This document shows positions 53,128-55,920 of a stretch of 55,920 nt of DNA, piece after piece. Position 1 is the first letter of the stretch; every line of letters begins with the position of its first letter. Made by a program: the position numbers and the translations under genes. Origin of the DNA: Acidimicrobiales bacterium. GTDB lineage: Bacteria > Actinomycetota > Acidimicrobiia > Acidimicrobiales > CADCSY01. The DNA is taken from contig JBOGHU010000127.1 in assembly GCA_050742255.1 (NCBI GenBank), positions 1 to 55,920 of the forward strand, written 5' to 3'. The notes under the pieces were generated by a model, which saw nothing but the letters and a program-made list of their open reading frames with translations, was not told the DNA's origin and did not search any database.

Positions 53128-53276
53128 CCGGCCGGGTCCCTGCCCAGCCGGCCGAGCCTGCGCCTACCGGCGCATCTCTAGCCCTGGTCGGCTCTTCGGC
53201 CGAGGCCTCATCGCGGTGCCGGCCGGGTCCCTGCCCAGCCGGCCGAGCCTGCGCCTACCGGCGCATCTCTAGCCCT
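53128..53276. repeat. tandem direct duplication (58-bp perfect copies, 91-bp period)
   Basis: 53128..53185 equals 53219..53276 (ccggccgggtccctgcccagccggccgagcctgcgcctaccggcgcatctctagccct). The second copy contains the stop codon and last two codons of the M24 peptidase gene. Confidence 0.9.
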
Positions 53277-54366
53277 CGACCACGGCCAGCCCGTGGTCGG
53301 CCCGGTTGAGCGGCTCGGGGCCGGCCGGGGTGGCCACCACGATGTCCTCGATCCTGGCCCCGAAGCGCCCCTCGACGTAGATGCCGGGCTCGACCGAGAA
53401 GGTGTGGCCGGCAGCCAGGGGCAGGGTGTTGCCCCGGACCAGGTACGGGTCCTCGTGCTCCTCCAGCCCGATCCCGTGCCCGGTGCGGTGGACGAAGCAG
53501 GGGCCGTACCCGCCCACGGTGATGGCCCGCCGGGCCACCCGGTCGACCTCCTGGCAGGCGGTCCCGACCGTGGCCGCCCCCACCGCAGCGGCCTGGGCAC
53601 CCTGGAGGACGGCGTAGAGGTCGGAGAGCTCCCCCGACGGCTGGCCCGTGTGCACGCACCGGGTGATGTCGGAGCAGTAGCCGTCGGGCATGGTCCCACC
53701 GAAGTCGCACAGCACCACCTCCCCGGCCCGGATCAGGCGCTGGCCCGGCTCGTGGTGAGGGCTGGCGGCGTTGGGACCGGCGGCGACGATGGCGAAGTTG
53801 ACCCGGCGGTGCCCCTCGGCCACCAGGCGCCGCCCGATCTCGGCGGCGACCTCGGCCTCCGTCCTGCCCACCAGGTCGATCTCGCCTTCTTGGAGCTCGG
53901 CCGCCACCGCGTCGGCGGCGGCGCCGGCCCGGCGCAGGGCCTCCACCTCGGCCGCGTCCTTCACCGCCCGCAGCGGCGCCAGCACCAGGCTGGCCGGCCG
54001 CCAGGCCGTCGCCGGCAGGCGGGACTGGAGCTCGACCAGGAACCGGGCCCAAGTGCGGTCGGAGATCGCCGCCACCCTCGGCTTCCCCGCCAGCTCGGCC
54101 ACCCCGGCCACGGGGTCGTCGGTCTCCTCCCAGGTCCGAAGGGTGAACGCCTCGGGCCGCTCCTCCACCCGGAGCCGCTCCAGGCGGGGGACGACCAGGG
54201 TGGCGCCGGCCTCCCTCGCCACGACCAGCATGGTCAGGCGCTCCAGGGGGACGGCCTGGTAGCCGGTGAGGTAGGCGAGGTCGGCCCCGGCCCCGACCAG
54301 CAGCACATCGACCCCGAGCTCCGCCATCCGTTCCCGGGTCCGCGCCAGCCGGTCGACGTAGATCAC
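53269..54366 (-). CDS. M24-family Xaa-Pro aminopeptidase/dipeptidase
   Basis: In-frame GTG 54366. Creatinase-like N-domain plus pita-bread domain (CDFGG, DITR, HRTGHGIGLEEHE, SVEPG, ARIED metal ligand contexts). Confidence 0.88.
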   Translation of the reverse strand: MIYVDRLARTRERMAELGVDVLLVGAGADLAYLTGYQAVPLERLTMLVVAREAGATLVVPRLERLRVEERPEAFTLRTWEETDDPVAGVAELAGKPRVAAISDRTWARFLVELQSRLPATAWRPASLVLAPLRAVKDAAEVEALRRAGAAADAVAAELQEGEIDLVGRTEAEVAAEIGRRLVAEGHRRVNFAIVAAGPNAASPHHEPGQRLIRAGEVVLCDFGGTMPDGYCSDITRCVHTGQPSGELSDLYAVLQGAQAAAVGAATVGTACQEVDRVARRAITVGGYGPCFVHRTGHGIGLEEHEDPYLVRGNTLPLAAGHTFSVEPGIYVEGRFGARIEDIVVATPAGPEPLNRADHGLAVVEG

Positions 54367-54393
54367 CGGGCCAGAGTACGAGAGGATGGGCGG

Positions 54394-54912
54394 GTGCCCG
54401 AGATCACCCTCGTCCAGGGTGACATCACCGCCGCCGAGGTCGACGCCCTCGTCAACGCCGCCAACTCCTCGCTGCTGGGCGGCGGGGGGGTGGACGGGGC
54501 CATCCACCGGCGGGGCGGCCCCGAGATCCTGGAGGCGTGCCGGGCGCTGCGGGCCGACCGCTACCCCGACGGGCTTCCCACCGGCCAGGCCGTGGCCACC
54601 ACCGCAGGTCGGCTCCCCGCCCGGTGGGTGATCCACACGGTGGGCCCGGTCTACGCCAAGGGCGAGGACCGCTCCCGCCTGTTGGCCTCCTGCCACGCCG
54701 AGTCGTTGCGGGTGGCCGACGAGCTGGGCGCCCGCACCGTGGCCTTCCCCGCCATCTCGTGCGGCGTGTACGGCTACCCGCCGGAAGAGGCGGCGCCCAT
54801 CGCCCTGGCCACCGTGCGGTCGGCGGCCACGGCGGTGGCCGAGGCCCGCTTCGTCCTCTTCGACCAGGCCACCTACGCCGCCTTCGAGGGGGCCCGCAGG
54901 CTTCTTCGGTAG
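54394..54912 (+). CDS. macro-domain protein (O-acetyl-ADP-ribose deacetylase, YmdB-like)
   Basis: GTG 54394. ITLVQGDITAAEVDALVNAANSSLLGGGGVDGAIHRRGG ... FPAISCGVYGYP. Confidence 0.88.
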   Translation: MPEITLVQGDITAAEVDALVNAANSSLLGGGGVDGAIHRRGGPEILEACRALRADRYPDGLPTGQAVATTAGRLPARWVIHTVGPVYAKGEDRSRLLASCHAESLRVADELGARTVAFPAISCGVYGYPPEEAAPIALATVRSAATAVAEARFVLFDQATYAAFEGARRLLR

Positions 54913-54936
54913 CCGGGCCCGGGGTACCGGGACCAG

Positions 54937-55848
54937 CTACGCAAGAACACCCTGGCCCCGGCTCTCCACCAGCGCCCGATGGGCGTGGCGGGCGTGGTAG
55001 CTGGAGCGGGTGAGGGGCGACGCCTCCACGTGGGCGATGCCCAGCGCCTCGCCGGCCTGACCCAGGGCGGCGAACGTGGCGGGATGGACCCAGCGGGCGA
55101 CGGGCAGATGGCGGGCGGTGGGCCGCAGGTACTGGCCCACGGTGACGATGTCGACCCCGACGCCGGCCAGGTCGGCGAGGGCCCCGACCACCTCGTCGTC
55201 GGTCTCCCCCATCCCGAGGATCAGCCCCGACTTGGTGACCAGGCCCGCCGCCCCGGCCCGGGCCAGCACGGCGAGGGAGCGGGCGTACCCGGCCGAGGGC
55301 CGCACCGCCCGCTGCAGGCGGGCCACGGTCTCGAGGTTGTGGTTCACCACATCAGGACGGGCGGCGAAGATCGCCTCCAGGGCGGCGGGGTCGCCTCCGC
55401 AGTCGGGGATCAGCACCTCGACGGCGCAGCCGGGCACCCGGTGCCGGATGGCGGCGACGGTACGGGCGAAGGCGCCGGCCCCACCGTCGGGGAGGTCGTC
55501 TCGGGCCACGGCGGTGACCACGGCGTGGGCCAGCCCCATGCCCGCCGCCGCCTCGGCCACTCGCTCGGGCTCGTCAGGAGAAGGCGGCTCGGGACGACGG
55601 GTGTCGACCATGCAGAACCCGCAGGCGCGGGTGCAACTAGCCCCGTTGATCATGAACGTGGCCGTCCCCTCGGCCCAGCACTCGAAGATGTTGGGGCAAC
55701 CGGCCTCCTCGCACACCGTGACCAGCGACGCGGCCCGCAGCGCCCGCCGCAGGCGCCGGTACCCGGCCCCGGTGCGCACCGGGGCCCGCAGCCAGGGGGG
55801 CTTGCGCTGGCCCAGGTCGAGCCCCGGGCCCAACCCGGCGTCGGCCAT
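54937..55848 (-). CDS. lipA: lipoyl synthase
   Basis: CEEAGCPNIFEC and CTRACGFC cluster motifs. ATG 55848 (GTG 55866 is an alternative). Confidence 0.95.
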   Translation of the reverse strand: MADAGLGPGLDLGQRKPPWLRAPVRTGAGYRRLRRALRAASLVTVCEEAGCPNIFECWAEGTATFMINGASCTRACGFCMVDTRRPEPPSPDEPERVAEAAAGMGLAHAVVTAVARDDLPDGGAGAFARTVAAIRHRVPGCAVEVLIPDCGGDPAALEAIFAARPDVVNHNLETVARLQRAVRPSAGYARSLAVLARAGAAGLVTKSGLILGMGETDDEVVGALADLAGVGVDIVTVGQYLRPTARHLPVARWVHPATFAALGQAGEALGIAHVEASPLTRSSYHARHAHRALVESRGQGVLA

Positions 55849-55920
55849 GCGGCGCCGTAGCCGCACCGGGACCGGGGCGGGGCCGCCCGGCCCCGGTCCC
55901 CCACCCAGCCCGTCCGGCCC

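Overview
Densely coding, high-GC (judged by eye, not computed) chromosomal segment of Actinomycetota type. I saw no rRNA, tRNA or CRISPR array. Many long ORFs in the six-frame track are antisense high-GC artefacts and were discarded. Left part (1-23.9 kb): ssb; a MarR-controlled aromatic ring-cleavage/uptake cluster (decarboxylase-like protein, extradiol dioxygenase, NMT1-type ABC importer, isochorismatase); cspA; a GAF histidine kinase/NarL pair; a DrrAB-like exporter bracketed by a duplicated intergenic segment; an SDR plus a QueA-like gene broken by an in-frame TAG; a flavoprotein disulfide reductase; a type-B carboxylesterase; a B12-domain/radical SAM gene whose annotated TGA stop is followed in frame by A-E-P (a C-U-A-E-P selenocysteine tail) and a SECIS-like hairpin; an ATP-grasp enzyme; an Nfu-type Fe-S protein; a DUF169 protein. 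Centre (about 24.0-45.9 kb): a roughly 22-kb glycan/envelope island bounded by a 73-bp direct repeat that duplicates the 3' end of a small ABM monooxygenase gene. It encodes a DegT aminotransferase, a Gfo/Idh/MocA oxidoreductase and LbH acetyltransferases (diacetamido-sugar logic), an FAD-oxidoreductase::polysaccharide-deacetylase fusion, a polyprenyl-phosphate GT2, a GH-A-like lipoprotein, WecB, a lipase-like hydrolase, an ACP/SDR/AMP-ligase acylation module, a Wzx-type flippase, a large protein fusing an exosortase-like polytopic domain to a processive GT2 synthase, and a GT-C transferase. The island also holds two families of duplicated non-coding elements: a dual-hairpin leader-like element with GGGAACGA loops, one copy split by a MITE-like insertion, and a promoter-like GATAAT element. 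No recombinase is visible. Right part (45.9-55.9 kb): a VWA/DUF2201 protein, a G-rich repeat scar holding a FabI-like relic, the asnO-ngg (N-acetylglutaminylglutamine amide) osmolyte operon, an M24 peptidase with a perfect 91-bp-period tandem duplication at its 3' end, a macro-domain protein and lipA.
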